This document shows, piece after piece, positions 37,798 through 47,805 of a stretch of DNA of 64,000 bases. The stretch is taken from the IMG/VR virus record IMGVR_UViG_3300028131_000005, positions 14,890-78,889 of that record. One strand, 5' to 3'. Position 1 is the first letter of the stretch, and each line of letters opens with the position of its first letter. A model generated the notes under the pieces. The model saw nothing but the letters and a program-made list of their open reading frames with translations. It was not told the origin of the DNA and searched no databases. A program made the translations under genes and the position numbers. This DNA is from a virus.

Positions 37798-39228
37798 GTG
37801 AGTAAACCTTTAGACCAATACACAGCACTAGATTCACAAGCCTTTGCAGATAATATTCATAGAGAGGCTGACGGATACTGGAAACCAATTTATCCAAGTG
37901 AATTGAATAGACCCCTTAAACATGTCGAGGCGGACTATAACTACAAAGTTCTTACAGGAACTTTAGCAAATTATAGAATTTATCCATCTGCATTACCTCC
38001 TGGTTCTACAGGAGTTGCAGTAGAAGATTTTACTGGAGATGACAATAAATTCTTACAATTAAAATATGATGTCACAGAAGGTTGGTATTGGACTGTAGCA
38101 CCCGCTGCCGGAGTTTCAACAGATGAAAACGTAAAAATTTCAGCAGCTGATACAACTTCAGGATATTTAGAAGATAAGATTGTTGCTGGAGCAAACGTCA
38201 ATATTACTAAACAAAATACAGGTGCTAATGAAACTATAGAGATATCAGCATATACACCGCCTGCAAGTATAGGAACATTAACAACCAATGGTATTATTTC
38301 AGGTCTTATTACTAACTTTGCAGTTGGAACAAACCCTGAATTTGTAGATTGGAACGGAACATTAAGTCCGGCTTCAACTAATAATTCTGCTTTGCACATA
38401 CCTTTCGATATGAAAATAACGAAAGTATCTGTTAAGTATCTAGACACTACAGCAGCAAGTGTAGATGCAGCCTTCGATTATCAAATAAGTGTAGGTAAAT
38501 TAACTTCACCGGGCGCTTCATCGGATAATGCAAATTATGTAGATTATGCTGGTGGAAATAACGTTTTAAATTTAACTTTTGCAAATACAGATGGAAATCA
38601 TTTCTTTGAAGAGTCATCTGCAATTTCTCTTAGTGTAACAGCTGGAGATGTTTTAGTAGTTAGAGGTCATAAAGTCGCTGGTAATAATACAGGTGGAAGT
38701 AACGAAGAGGTAATGGTAACTGTAGAATATGAAAAAGACTACGATTATCTTTTATCTGGAGCAGCTGGACCTACTGGAGCAACAGGAGCAACTGGACCTG
38801 CTGGAGCAACAGGACCTGCTGGACCTGCTGGACCAACTGGACCAACTGGACCAGCCGGTTCTAGTTTAACAGGTACTTATACTTATACTCAAGCAGATTT
38901 ACTTGCAAACAATTTAGTAGATTTACTACCTGCACCTGCAGCAAATGAGTACTATAAATTTGAAATTACATTTGAATATCATTTTGGAACTACACCATAT
39001 ACTATATCCGGTTTCGGAAATGGAAATTTGTTGGTACCTAGTGCTAGGCTGGAATCTTTTGTTGGTGGAGTCATGTCAAGTGGAAGTGCAGATAAAGTCA
39101 TAGGATTCGCTACAGGTGCAAATAGCTTAGGTTCTGCTTTACAATTTCAATTGAAAACACCCTCTACACTGACTGGAGGAGATGGACAATTGATTATTAA
39201 AATATTTTACGATATAATTACATTCTAA
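37798..39228 (+). CDS. Virion structural / fibre protein with collagen-like repeat
   Basis: Eleven GXY triplets at about 38758-38860; Thr/Gly/Asn-rich beta segments; GTG start. Confidence 0.65.
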   Translation: MSKPLDQYTALDSQAFADNIHREADGYWKPIYPSELNRPLKHVEADYNYKVLTGTLANYRIYPSALPPGSTGVAVEDFTGDDNKFLQLKYDVTEGWYWTVAPAAGVSTDENVKISAADTTSGYLEDKIVAGANVNITKQNTGANETIEISAYTPPASIGTLTTNGIISGLITNFAVGTNPEFVDWNGTLSPASTNNSALHIPFDMKITKVSVKYLDTTAASVDAAFDYQISVGKLTSPGASSDNANYVDYAGGNNVLNLTFANTDGNHFFEESSAISLSVTAGDVLVVRGHKVAGNNTGGSNEEVMVTVEYEKDYDYLLSGAAGPTGATGATGPAGATGPAGPAGPTGPTGPAGSSLTGTYTYTQADLLANNLVDLLPAPAANEYYKFEITFEYHFGTTPYTISGFGNGNLLVPSARLESFVGGVMSSGSADKVIGFATGANSLGSALQFQLKTPSTLTGGDGQLIIKIFYDIITF

Positions 39229-39235
39229 ATAAGAG

Positions 39236-39562
39236 ATGGAAGAGTTCAATTTTGACAATTTTGAAGAATATAGTGAGAGCCAAGAAGAACTTTTAGAGAG
39301 GTCTATGGAAAATGGTTATAAAATTCTTTCAGGAGAGATAACAATCGATGAACTTTTATTTACAACCGGAATTATAGACTTGGTATATTTACCATTTGAC
39401 TTTTATAAGATGCTTTCAATGCAGAAGTTTGAAGAAGTAGTCCAAGAAGAAATGGTAAAATACTTTGAAGATCGAGAAGAATTTGAAAAATGTAAATTTC
39501 TATCTAACATGAAGTATTCAGATTATTCTAAACTTTTTAATGATTTTTATGATAGAATTTAA
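39236..39562 (+). CDS. Hypothetical acidic protein
   Basis: YFEDREEFEKC motif. Confidence 0.55.
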   Translation: MEEFNFDNFEEYSESQEELLERSMENGYKILSGEITIDELLFTTGIIDLVYLPFDFYKMLSMQKFEEVVQEEMVKYFEDREEFEKCKFLSNMKYSDYSKLFNDFYDRI

Positions 39563-39744
39563 ACAATAATACACATCACAAATATAACAACTATGGATAT
39601 TAAAAAAATACAAGAAAGATTAAGAGTATTAAAAGAAGAAATAACCATGGATTCATATTATGATGGATGGACATTAAAAGGTCTTATAAAGGAATATAAT
39701 GAAAAGAAAGCTTTGCTTGAAAACCTTAAAAATAATGAAGAAAC

Positions 39745-40248
39745 ATGAAACGTATCCTACTCCTACTTATTTTAATAACATCATTTATTACAAAATCTCA
39801 AACTATTAACTTTCATCCTAGTTCTTCTCCAGCAGAAATAGTTTTTTTAACTAAAGCAGCCCAAAAATATATTAATGACGATGATGTCACAATTATTTAT
39901 CAACCATACTCACCTTTAAATAGAGCATTTAACGGGGTAACTTATCAATATAATAAGTATCTTTATCAAATATCTTTATCTGTATTTAGAACCGATAATA
40001 TTCTAAGAACTTGGGCTTTATTTCACGAAGTAGGTCATATTATTGATTTCCACAAAGGCAGATTAGAACAAATGCCAATCCGATGGAAAGGAGAAGAATA
40101 TAAAGAATATTTAGATTGGAAGGATAGGCCATGGGAAAAAAGCGCTGAAAAACACGCTAGAAAATTATGGAAAGATATAATGGGTTTTCCAGCCCCTTTT
40201 GAACTTTTAAATTCTTCTGAGATAGAATTTAAGTGCGAACATAAATAG
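39745..40248 (+). CDS. Secreted zinc metallopeptidase-like protein
   Basis: Signal peptide; HEVGH followed by PWEKSA. Confidence 0.7.
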   Translation: MKRILLLLILITSFITKSQTINFHPSSSPAEIVFLTKAAQKYINDDDVTIIYQPYSPLNRAFNGVTYQYNKYLYQISLSVFRTDNILRTWALFHEVGHIIDFHKGRLEQMPIRWKGEEYKEYLDWKDRPWEKSAEKHARKLWKDIMGFPAPFELLNSSEIEFKCEHK

Positions 40249-40283
40249 GATATATAATATCATAATAAACATACTAATTAGTG

Positions 40284-43200
40284 ATGAAAAACAAATTTAT
40301 AAATGAAAACACATATTTAGATGCGTCTAATGATTTTGTAAAAGAATTAGAAAAATCAAAAATTTTAGCAGATAATATAGATGTTTCAGTTGGCCCTTCT
40401 CAATGGGGTAAACCAGGAGAACTTAGATTTAGAGACCATGTTACATTAAGAGCAGCTGGAATAGAAACTGAGTTATACGTAATACCTAGAGGAAGTTACA
40501 CTGAATTCGAATTATATACCGATACTGGATATGATACAGGAAGAGAAGTAAAAGTAGGTGATGCTAAGACTATTATTAAAGCAATGAAAAGATACGTTAA
40601 TAAAATGAATGAATCGATGGTTAATGAAGCTAAAGTCAAACTTCCTAAAGGAATTGTAAAGCATAAAGATATTCCAACTTGGGCTGGGTGGGTTGCACAG
40701 CATTCTGATGGAGAATGGACTTGGTACGAATCTTACCCTTTTGTCGTTAACTTTAAAGACGGTGGAGGTGCTTGGAAACAAGAAGAATCAGAAGGATATC
40801 AAATTTACACTGGAGTAAAAACAGACCCTAAAAACTGGAAAGAAGGCCCATATCGAGTAAGATATGATGGAGATGTTGTACTGAAAGAATCTAGACATGT
40901 AATGACATTAGAATCATTTGTAAATGAAGGTAAAGTTGATTGGAATATCATCGCAAAAGAAGTAGCAAATAGATTGAAAGAAGGTTCATGGCCATGGGCA
41001 ATTAAAAATGGCGTAGAAAATATAACCACTGAAAATATCGGAAGTGTTCTTATAAGCGGTGGATATACTACTACTTCTGGTGTCGAAAAAAATATAGGAG
41101 GTGTTATTGATAAAGTATTAGCTCTTGTCAAAGAATCATTTGTAAATGAAGAATTGCCTACACAAGAAATAGACCCAAATGCTTTTCAAAATCCTTACAA
41201 ATCAGATAAGAATTTCTTTAAAAGAGGTTATAAAGATGAAGAGGTAATGGACGATGTTGTTAAGACTAGACCTGTAAAAATACAAGCAAGCCAATTAAAA
41301 CCATCACAAGATGCAGTATATTTAGGAAAAGCACTTGGCATGGCTATTGGTGGTGTTGAAGGCGGAAATCTTGAAGCTGTTATATCACAAGACAATAGAA
41401 TCTTAGATGGTCATCATAGATGGGCAGCTACTATCTTTAATAACCCTAAAGCAAGGGTAGGAGGGGTTCAAGCAGAACTTAAAATTGGAGATTTAGTACC
41501 AGTTCTTAGACAAGCAGGAGATGCACTTGGAAATAAAAGAGGTCTTCCACCAAAAGGAGGAGACCAAAATATTTTCAAAGCAACTTTAGATGATGTCAAA
41601 GACGCTATATATGATGGTAAATATATGAATCCTCAGTTTTATAACAGAGATAAAGCAATTGCTTGGTTTGAAGAGCAAGGTGAAAAGAAAATACAAAGTG
41701 CATTGAATCTTTTACAAAGAGTTGGTCCTCCAGCTGGAGCTCCACCAAGAGCAGATATGCCTAAGATTGAACCAGAACAGGTTCAACAAGTTGCAAAAAA
41801 ACTACAAGGTGGTGCAATTGATGTAAGAGCACCCTATGTAAAAGAAGAGTTGAATCATTTAACTTCTTTAGAAAATTTTATAGATGAAAAGAAGCCAGGT
41901 CCAGATCCTTACATGACCGGTTTAAGTGATGGCGACGAAGAGGATAAAGAGGAGCAAATGAAAAAGCAGGCTGCCATGGACGATGACGATCCAAATGCAT
42001 ATAAAGATATGCCAGGAGACAAAGAGGCCAGAGAAAAAGGCGACATGAAGAAATCAAAACATACTAGTGCGTATCATAAAAAATTCAAGAAAGTTAAAAG
42101 TCTTGAAGAGTTTGCAAATGATTGGGCGGTTATTAAAGAGGGATATAATGCAGATGCAGTCGCTCAAAATGTTGTAGTTGCGCTAGACAGCGCTGCCCAA
42201 TTCTTTCCAAGATATCAACCTGCTGAAGCAGAAGCAGAAGTAAAAGATGTATTGAAGAAATATAAAAAACTAAAGGGTAAAAATGCTGAAAAAGCAGCTA
42301 AAGAGATAAGAAACTCTTTAGAAGATAGAGGTTTATTAGCAAATGATGTTTTACCATTAGATGTAGAAATAATCATTATGGATAACCTTAATGAATCTAA
42401 AGTACATGAAGCTGCAACTGATAGATTTTTACAATCAGCAGCAAGAAACTTAGCAAAACAGATGAGAGGAAAATCTGCTAGCAGGACAACTCTTAAGAAT
42501 CGATTAAATTCAATGCCATTGGCAAACATGCTTAAACCAGATGAATTGGAAAAGATTATTGATTATGCAATGGAGGAAATGGGATTAGCTGAATCAGTAA
42601 ATGAAGGTACAGATGATGTTGTGTTTACAATAGATGATGGAAATTTAGATAATAAATTTTTAATGACTAAAAGTCTTTCCAGAAATCTAGACTATCAACA
42701 TGACAGCGGAGACCAATATTATGTTTTACCAAAAAGAGATTTTGATAGATTAGAAGACTATGCAGATTCTCATGGTTATGATACAGACACTATTTATGTA
42801 ATTGAAGAATCAGTAAATGAAGAGAAAGACAATCTTTATTTACAACTACATAGAAAATATGCTCAACAAATCAAAGGACTTAAGGCTAAAAAGATTAAGA
42901 AATTAACTGACTTAGTAAGTGTACAAAGATGGTCGATGGAATATAGAGAAGACTATTTCGATATGGATAAAAAGAAAAAGAAAGAACTTTCAGCGGAATA
43001 TGATGAGGAAAGAAGGCTATTTAAGAAATATATGGCTAAAGACTATTCAGTAATGCTACCTAAAGGAACAGAAAGTCTTAGAGAATCCATCAATGAGGGA
43101 GAAATATCTGATACATTCGATCTTATTTTAGATACTATTAATAAGTATAAGAAAATAAAACCAGTAAAGCCATATTTTAATGCAGATAGAAGAATGGCAT

Positions 43201-43709
43201 TAAAATCTAAAGGACTTGAGAATTTAGAAGATATCCGTGACCATTTAGATAAAACTCTAAAAGATTTTACAGTTACGTCAATTTCTAAAGGCGATAATTA
43301 TCCTTCGCAAGAAAGTTTTAGAGTAATTAATAAAAATAGAAAAATTTATTCTATTGCAATGGACCTTAAGGAACCTGGAGAATTTGATATTACATACTCA
43401 GACTTAAATGAATCAGTTAATGAAGAGAAAGACCAAACTAACGATAAAAGCAAAATAGACGGTGAAGGTATAGAAACTGGTCTTAAGAAAAAGGCTGATG
43501 AAACTGGAGTTCCAATTGGAATTTTAAGAGTTATTATGAGAAGAGGAATGGCAGCTTGGAAAAGTGGTCACAGACCTGGAACTAATTCAACTCAATGGGG
43601 TTATGCTAGAGTAAATTCATTCTTAACAAAGGGTGATGGAACTTGGGGCAAAGCTGACAAAGATATGGCTAAAGAGGTAAGAGATGGTGGTCACGATAAA
43701 AAACTATAA
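40284..43709 (+). CDS. Large modular putative virion polyprotein (~1141 aa) with ParB/Srx-like and DUF5824-like modules and ten ES(x)VNE-type linkers
   Basis: LKPSQ...ILDGHHRWAA; C-terminal RGMAAWKSGHRPG...WGYARVNSF; repeated linkers. Confidence 0.65.
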   Translation: MKNKFINENTYLDASNDFVKELEKSKILADNIDVSVGPSQWGKPGELRFRDHVTLRAAGIETELYVIPRGSYTEFELYTDTGYDTGREVKVGDAKTIIKAMKRYVNKMNESMVNEAKVKLPKGIVKHKDIPTWAGWVAQHSDGEWTWYESYPFVVNFKDGGGAWKQEESEGYQIYTGVKTDPKNWKEGPYRVRYDGDVVLKESRHVMTLESFVNEGKVDWNIIAKEVANRLKEGSWPWAIKNGVENITTENIGSVLISGGYTTTSGVEKNIGGVIDKVLALVKESFVNEELPTQEIDPNAFQNPYKSDKNFFKRGYKDEEVMDDVVKTRPVKIQASQLKPSQDAVYLGKALGMAIGGVEGGNLEAVISQDNRILDGHHRWAATIFNNPKARVGGVQAELKIGDLVPVLRQAGDALGNKRGLPPKGGDQNIFKATLDDVKDAIYDGKYMNPQFYNRDKAIAWFEEQGEKKIQSALNLLQRVGPPAGAPPRADMPKIEPEQVQQVAKKLQGGAIDVRAPYVKEELNHLTSLENFIDEKKPGPDPYMTGLSDGDEEDKEEQMKKQAAMDDDDPNAYKDMPGDKEAREKGDMKKSKHTSAYHKKFKKVKSLEEFANDWAVIKEGYNADAVAQNVVVALDSAAQFFPRYQPAEAEAEVKDVLKKYKKLKGKNAEKAAKEIRNSLEDRGLLANDVLPLDVEIIIMDNLNESKVHEAATDRFLQSAARNLAKQMRGKSASRTTLKNRLNSMPLANMLKPDELEKIIDYAMEEMGLAESVNEGTDDVVFTIDDGNLDNKFLMTKSLSRNLDYQHDSGDQYYVLPKRDFDRLEDYADSHGYDTDTIYVIEESVNEEKDNLYLQLHRKYAQQIKGLKAKKIKKLTDLVSVQRWSMEYREDYFDMDKKKKKELSAEYDEERRLFKKYMAKDYSVMLPKGTESLRESINEGEISDTFDLILDTINKYKKIKPVKPYFNADRRMALKSKGLENLEDIRDHLDKTLKDFTVTSISKGDNYPSQESFRVINKNRKIYSIAMDLKEPGEFDITYSDLNESVNEEKDQTNDKSKIDGEGIETGLKKKADETGVPIGILRVIMRRGMAAWKSGHRPGTNSTQWGYARVNSFLTKGDGTWGKADKDMAKEVRDGGHDKKL

Positions 43710-43719
43710 TATATAAGTT

Positions 43720-44112
43720 ATGAAAAAAGTAGTATTATTTGAACAATTTGTTAATGAGAACATTAACAAAAGAATTCCGGAATTCGTAGAAAAAATTAAA
43801 AACGCGGAGACTGAATTCGATGCAAAAAATAAAAGGTCAGAGATACTTAAATTAGCTAAGAAATCTGGCGGAGAAACTATCGACCAAGATACTAAATTTA
43901 CCTATTCTCCAGATGGTGAAATATTTGTCGTATATAAATATGAAGACCAAGATGCAGTAGATGCCTGGTTATATAAGGGTGAAGGATCTGAAAAGTCTAA
44001 AGAAAATCTAGTAAAGTCTATGGTATATGCTGAAACTGGAAGACCCGGTTATAGAGTAATGTCAGATGGCAGTAAAACAAAGATAGGTAAACACGGAGAA
44101 ACAAAATATTAA
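43720..44112 (+). CDS. Leader-bearing protein (MKKVVLFEQFVNE)
   Basis: Leader; AATATATAAGTTATG upstream. Confidence 0.65.
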   Translation: MKKVVLFEQFVNENINKRIPEFVEKIKNAETEFDAKNKRSEILKLAKKSGGETIDQDTKFTYSPDGEIFVVYKYEDQDAVDAWLYKGEGSEKSKENLVKSMVYAETGRPGYRVMSDGSKTKIGKHGETKY

Positions 44113-44116
44113 GATT

Positions 44117-45208
44117 ATGAGCAAAGTAGTATTATTTGAAAAATTTATAGAAGAAAGGTCAAATGCCGGGAGAGCATGGCAAGGAAGATTAGATAACGTA
44201 GACGATTTAATGGCCTGGTTATATAGAAAAGATATTCTTTCAACACAGGATAAGATGGAAAAAGACAAGATATTTACCGGATATTATAGATTCTATAATG
44301 ACGGAGATACACCAGATTGGTTAAGAATAGATCGAAATGAAACTCCTGAAGAAGCATTAGAAGACGCTCTTGACAACTTTATTAAGGAAATACTTGCTAA
44401 ATATGCTGGTAAATATGATAGAAACACATTTAGATACGATACTCTGTTATCTCAATTAAATACTTTAAAAAGTAATTTGAAAGATACTGCTACTCCGCAG
44501 TTTTCTCAATACGACGTACATTCTTTTTTATATTTCTATAATAAAAATCCTAAAACTGGAAATGCAAAGTTTGATAAATCAGTTGTGCAGTTAGAAAAAT
44601 TATTTAAAAAATTCGAAAAAACAGCAGATGCTCAAATTGAAAAATATCTTAAAGATAGTAAAAAGAAAGAAGAATTTGGAGGAATATCTACAAATCTTAT
44701 TTTAGGTGCTAAAGTTGAGAAAATGCTAGATGCAGGAATATGGAATGACAAAAACAAAAAAGAATATAAAGATATAGTTGAAGTGGGTGATAGACTTTAT
44801 CAAATGATTGAAGAAATTATTGAAGGTATAAAAATGGCTCAGAAACTAGAAGAAGGTAATTATGAAGCATTAGACAAATCTACTTTAATTATGGAAAAGT
44901 CAAGTGGTAGAGACTTTATGAATTATGTGTTAGCACATAAAAAAGGAACAAGTGCTTTCAAACAATTTAAAATTTCAGATGAACATAGAAAAGAAATAAT
45001 AGATATGTGTATTGAAGTTATGGATGAAGTAGGAGATAAAGGTTCTTCTGTTCTTGGAAGCGGCTTATATATTAATGATGAAAAATTCTTAAGAGCATAT
45101 TCACAAGGAAATGTAGGACCTGAAAGAATTTACAATAAGGTTGAAGCATTTTTAAATAAAAACTATCCTAAATTAGATGTAAGAGTATCTAAAGGAAATA
45201 TGGACTAA
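44117..45208 (+). CDS. Leader-bearing protein (MSKVVLFEKFIEE), probably two modules
   Basis: Leader; YYRFYNDGD motif; internal LEEG...LIMEK junction. Confidence 0.6.
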   Translation: MSKVVLFEKFIEERSNAGRAWQGRLDNVDDLMAWLYRKDILSTQDKMEKDKIFTGYYRFYNDGDTPDWLRIDRNETPEEALEDALDNFIKEILAKYAGKYDRNTFRYDTLLSQLNTLKSNLKDTATPQFSQYDVHSFLYFYNKNPKTGNAKFDKSVVQLEKLFKKFEKTADAQIEKYLKDSKKKEEFGGISTNLILGAKVEKMLDAGIWNDKNKKEYKDIVEVGDRLYQMIEEIIEGIKMAQKLEEGNYEALDKSTLIMEKSSGRDFMNYVLAHKKGTSAFKQFKISDEHRKEIIDMCIEVMDEVGDKGSSVLGSGLYINDEKFLRAYSQGNVGPERIYNKVEAFLNKNYPKLDVRVSKGNMD

Positions 45209-45212
45209 GATT

Positions 45213-45794
45213 ATGAAAAAAGTAGTATTATTTGAACAATTTATAAAAGAAGCATCTAGGGGTAAATGGACTAAAATCGATCCTAAAAAAGATAAGGACC
45301 TAGATGACCATTTTTACGATTTAATAAATGTTGCATATGCTGAAATAGGAGGCCATGTTAAAATCAATAAACCAGAAGACGTATTTGCTGATAAAGACTG
45401 GACTTTTTGGAGAGGAATAGACCTTCATGGTTCTCCAGACTTAGACCTTATTATTTGGGGTAAAGATACCAAGTATGGCGTTAAATTTGCAGGAGTCGGT
45501 CATGATGGTGAAAGAGACAGCAGAAAAGAATACTTAAATCATAAAGGCAGCGACCTTAAAAAACTAGGATATTATGGTGAAGTCTCTGGTAAACTAGCAG
45601 AAATTTTACTAATTAAATATGGAGTTCCTGCAGTATCTGATGAAGCAGAAGTAGAAGCTGCTATTGGTGGTAAAAATGTCGAATGGCATGGACAACATCC
45701 TAAAGATAATACTATTCCTGGAAATGGATGGTACAGCAGAAAAATAGGAGGTCAGATGCATACTAAGATACTTGTAGGTAGACCTAAAATATAA
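45213..45794 (+). CDS. Leader-bearing protein (MKKVVLFEQFIKE)
   Basis: Leader DNA identical over 32 nt to that of 43720. Confidence 0.65.
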   Translation: MKKVVLFEQFIKEASRGKWTKIDPKKDKDLDDHFYDLINVAYAEIGGHVKINKPEDVFADKDWTFWRGIDLHGSPDLDLIIWGKDTKYGVKFAGVGHDGERDSRKEYLNHKGSDLKKLGYYGEVSGKLAEILLIKYGVPAVSDEAEVEAAIGGKNVEWHGQHPKDNTIPGNGWYSRKIGGQMHTKILVGRPKI

Positions 45795-45796
45795 AT

Positions 45797-46330
45797 ATGA
45801 AAGTTGTATATTTACATGGTCTAGAGTCAACATCAAGGCCATCGAATCCTAAGATAAAATGGTTAAATGCCAATTTTGATGAGGTATATGCTCCCCAAAT
45901 TGATTATAGAAATGAAAAGACTTTCAAAGACCTTTTAGGTAAAATTAAGTCAATGAACCCAGATCTTATTATTGGTTCTTCAATGGGCGGATATTTTAGT
46001 TATATTATTGGAAGTACTCTTAAAATTAAAACATGTCTATTTAACCCAGCAGTTCATAGTAGAAGTATGGAACCTGCAGTTGATGATTCTAATAAAAAAG
46101 GAAATCAAAATAATGTTTATTTAGGAGATAAAGATAGAGTAATTCCAGGAGATGGCGTTAAAAAATACTTTGCTTCACACGGCACGGGAACTTTTAAATA
46201 TAGTTCTTACAAAGGAGGACACAGAGTACCTTATAATGTTTTCACTTCATCAATTGCTGAAGTAGCAGGCATAAAAGAGTCTTTACATATAATGCTATAC
46301 GAAGAATATAACCAGAGTAAACTAAAGTAA
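45797..46330 (+). CDS. YqiA/YcfP-like alpha/beta hydrolase with leader-like motif at the C-terminus
   Basis: YLHGLES, GSSMGG nucleophile elbow, NPA, D and GGH; tail KESLHIMLYEEY. Confidence 0.8.
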   Translation: MKVVYLHGLESTSRPSNPKIKWLNANFDEVYAPQIDYRNEKTFKDLLGKIKSMNPDLIIGSSMGGYFSYIIGSTLKIKTCLFNPAVHSRSMEPAVDDSNKKGNQNNVYLGDKDRVIPGDGVKKYFASHGTGTFKYSSYKGGHRVPYNVFTSSIAEVAGIKESLHIMLYEEYNQSKLK

Positions 46331-46349
46331 CTTTAATAATATAATAGAT

Positions 46350-46889
46350 ATGAAATTTGTAAAATCATTCCAAGACTACAACAATGTATCAGAAGGTCTT
46401 AAACAACACGTAGAAGAGGGGTTAGATTTAACTAATTCTTTCTTTAGATTAGGAAGCGAGGCTTACACTAAATTGTTTGAAGAAGTAAAAGAATACTGGG
46501 ATAAAGGTAATATTATTCTTAAAGGACCTAGCGGTTGGATGGCAAAAAACCTAGAAGTAGGTAAAAAAGCTGTTTATAAACCAAGAGGTGGAAATCAAAT
46601 AAACGTAAAATTAGATAGTCCAGAAAGAGGAGGAAAGGCTAAATTTAGAGTTTATAGAAATAGTGGTAGAACTGACAAAGAGGGTAATATTGTTGCAAAG
46701 ATTGTTCAATGGGGCGATCCTAGTACTACTGTAAAAAATGACGATCCAGGTAGGGCTGCTAATTTTTGGGCTAGACATGGTTGTGATAAAAAGGAAAAGA
46801 TGAATCCTGATAAGGCTGGATTTTGGGCTTGTTATGGGCCAACTCTTTTTGGAAAGCAATTAGGTCTTAAATCAGATAACCCATGGTAG
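46350..46889 (+). CDS. Leader-bearing protein with DUF6321-like C-terminal domain
   Basis: MKFVKSFQDY leader; KFRVY...WGDP...DPGRAANFWARHGC...AGFWAC. Confidence 0.6.
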   Translation: MKFVKSFQDYNNVSEGLKQHVEEGLDLTNSFFRLGSEAYTKLFEEVKEYWDKGNIILKGPSGWMAKNLEVGKKAVYKPRGGNQINVKLDSPERGGKAKFRVYRNSGRTDKEGNIVAKIVQWGDPSTTVKNDDPGRAANFWARHGCDKKEKMNPDKAGFWACYGPTLFGKQLGLKSDNPW

Positions 46890-47239
46890 ATAAACCTTGT
46901 AAATGCCAAACATGTAAATGTGGTAAAGAAGAATGGGCTTCCATCGAAGAAAAGATGACTGACTTTACAAGACCTTTTACTGAAGACTTTATTGGCAAAA
47001 ATAAAATCATAAGGAAATTCGATCCCAAAGCAGAAGACCATTTATTCAAATGGCATATTGACCCAGAATCTAGAATTATAAAGGCAACAGAAGAAAATGA
47101 TTGGAAGTTTCAACTAGACAATCAATTGCCCGAAAAATTAGAAGTAAATAAATCAATATTAATTAATAAAGGAGAGTATCACAGACTTATTAAAGGTACA
47201 AATAAACTTGTTTTAGAAATAGAATTAATAGAAGAATGA
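46883..47239 (+). CDS. Cupin-like protein
   Basis: WHID..SR..., WKFQLDNQLP, EYHRLIKG. Confidence 0.6.
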   Translation: MVDKPCKCQTCKCGKEEWASIEEKMTDFTRPFTEDFIGKNKIIRKFDPKAEDHLFKWHIDPESRIIKATEENDWKFQLDNQLPEKLEVNKSILINKGEYHRLIKGTNKLVLEIELIEE

Positions 47240-47766
47240 AAAGATTCTGGAGATGTTTATTAGGTATTGATAAGAATGGATTTAAAAAATATAAAATCCG
47301 TAAAAATAGACATAGGTCAGTTTGGAGAGCAAGAACTACGAAAAAAACAAATTTTAAACTTCAGGTAATTTTTGATGAGACTGCAAAATACAAGTCTAAA
47401 GACCCAATAAACCAGTACGATATAAATAAATTATGGGGAATTAGTGATTGTGGTGAACACCACATGAGATGTTCTATTAGATTTGGTTGGAGATGGTTAA
47501 ATGGAAATTTAGAACTTCATTGGTTCAAACATGAGGGTAGTGAATTTATTTTCGAAAAAATAAAAAATATAGAAATTGACAAACCAGTAAATTTAGAAAT
47601 TGATATTATAGATGGTTTCTATGTTGTGACAGTCGATAGAGTTTCTAAATACACGCCTAGACCCTGTTCTGGCAATTACATTAAATATAAATTATATCCT
47701 TATTTTGGAGGAGATGAAACAGCTCCACATAATATCAATATAAAGATAAAAGAAATGGACTGCTAA
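47236..47766 (+). CDS. Hypothetical beta-sandwich protein
   Basis: INKLWG, SIRFGWRW, PYFGGDETAPH. Confidence 0.55.
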   Translation: MKRFWRCLLGIDKNGFKKYKIRKNRHRSVWRARTTKKTNFKLQVIFDETAKYKSKDPINQYDINKLWGISDCGEHHMRCSIRFGWRWLNGNLELHWFKHEGSEFIFEKIKNIEIDKPVNLEIDIIDGFYVVTVDRVSKYTPRPCSGNYIKYKLYPYFGGDETAPHNINIKIKEMDC

Positions 47767-47789
47767 TATTTTAACAGTCCATTCTTTTT
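47754..47789. terminator. Putative bidirectional terminator between convergent genes
   Basis: AATGGACTG...CAGTCCATT hairpin with T run downstream and A-rich sequence upstream. Confidence 0.55.
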
Positions 47790-47805
47790 AAGATTTATTC
47801 AGATA

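Noticed and set aside
38758-38860. GC-richer 9-bp-period tandem repeat
   Set aside because: It simply encodes collagen-like Gly-X-Y in a fibre protein.
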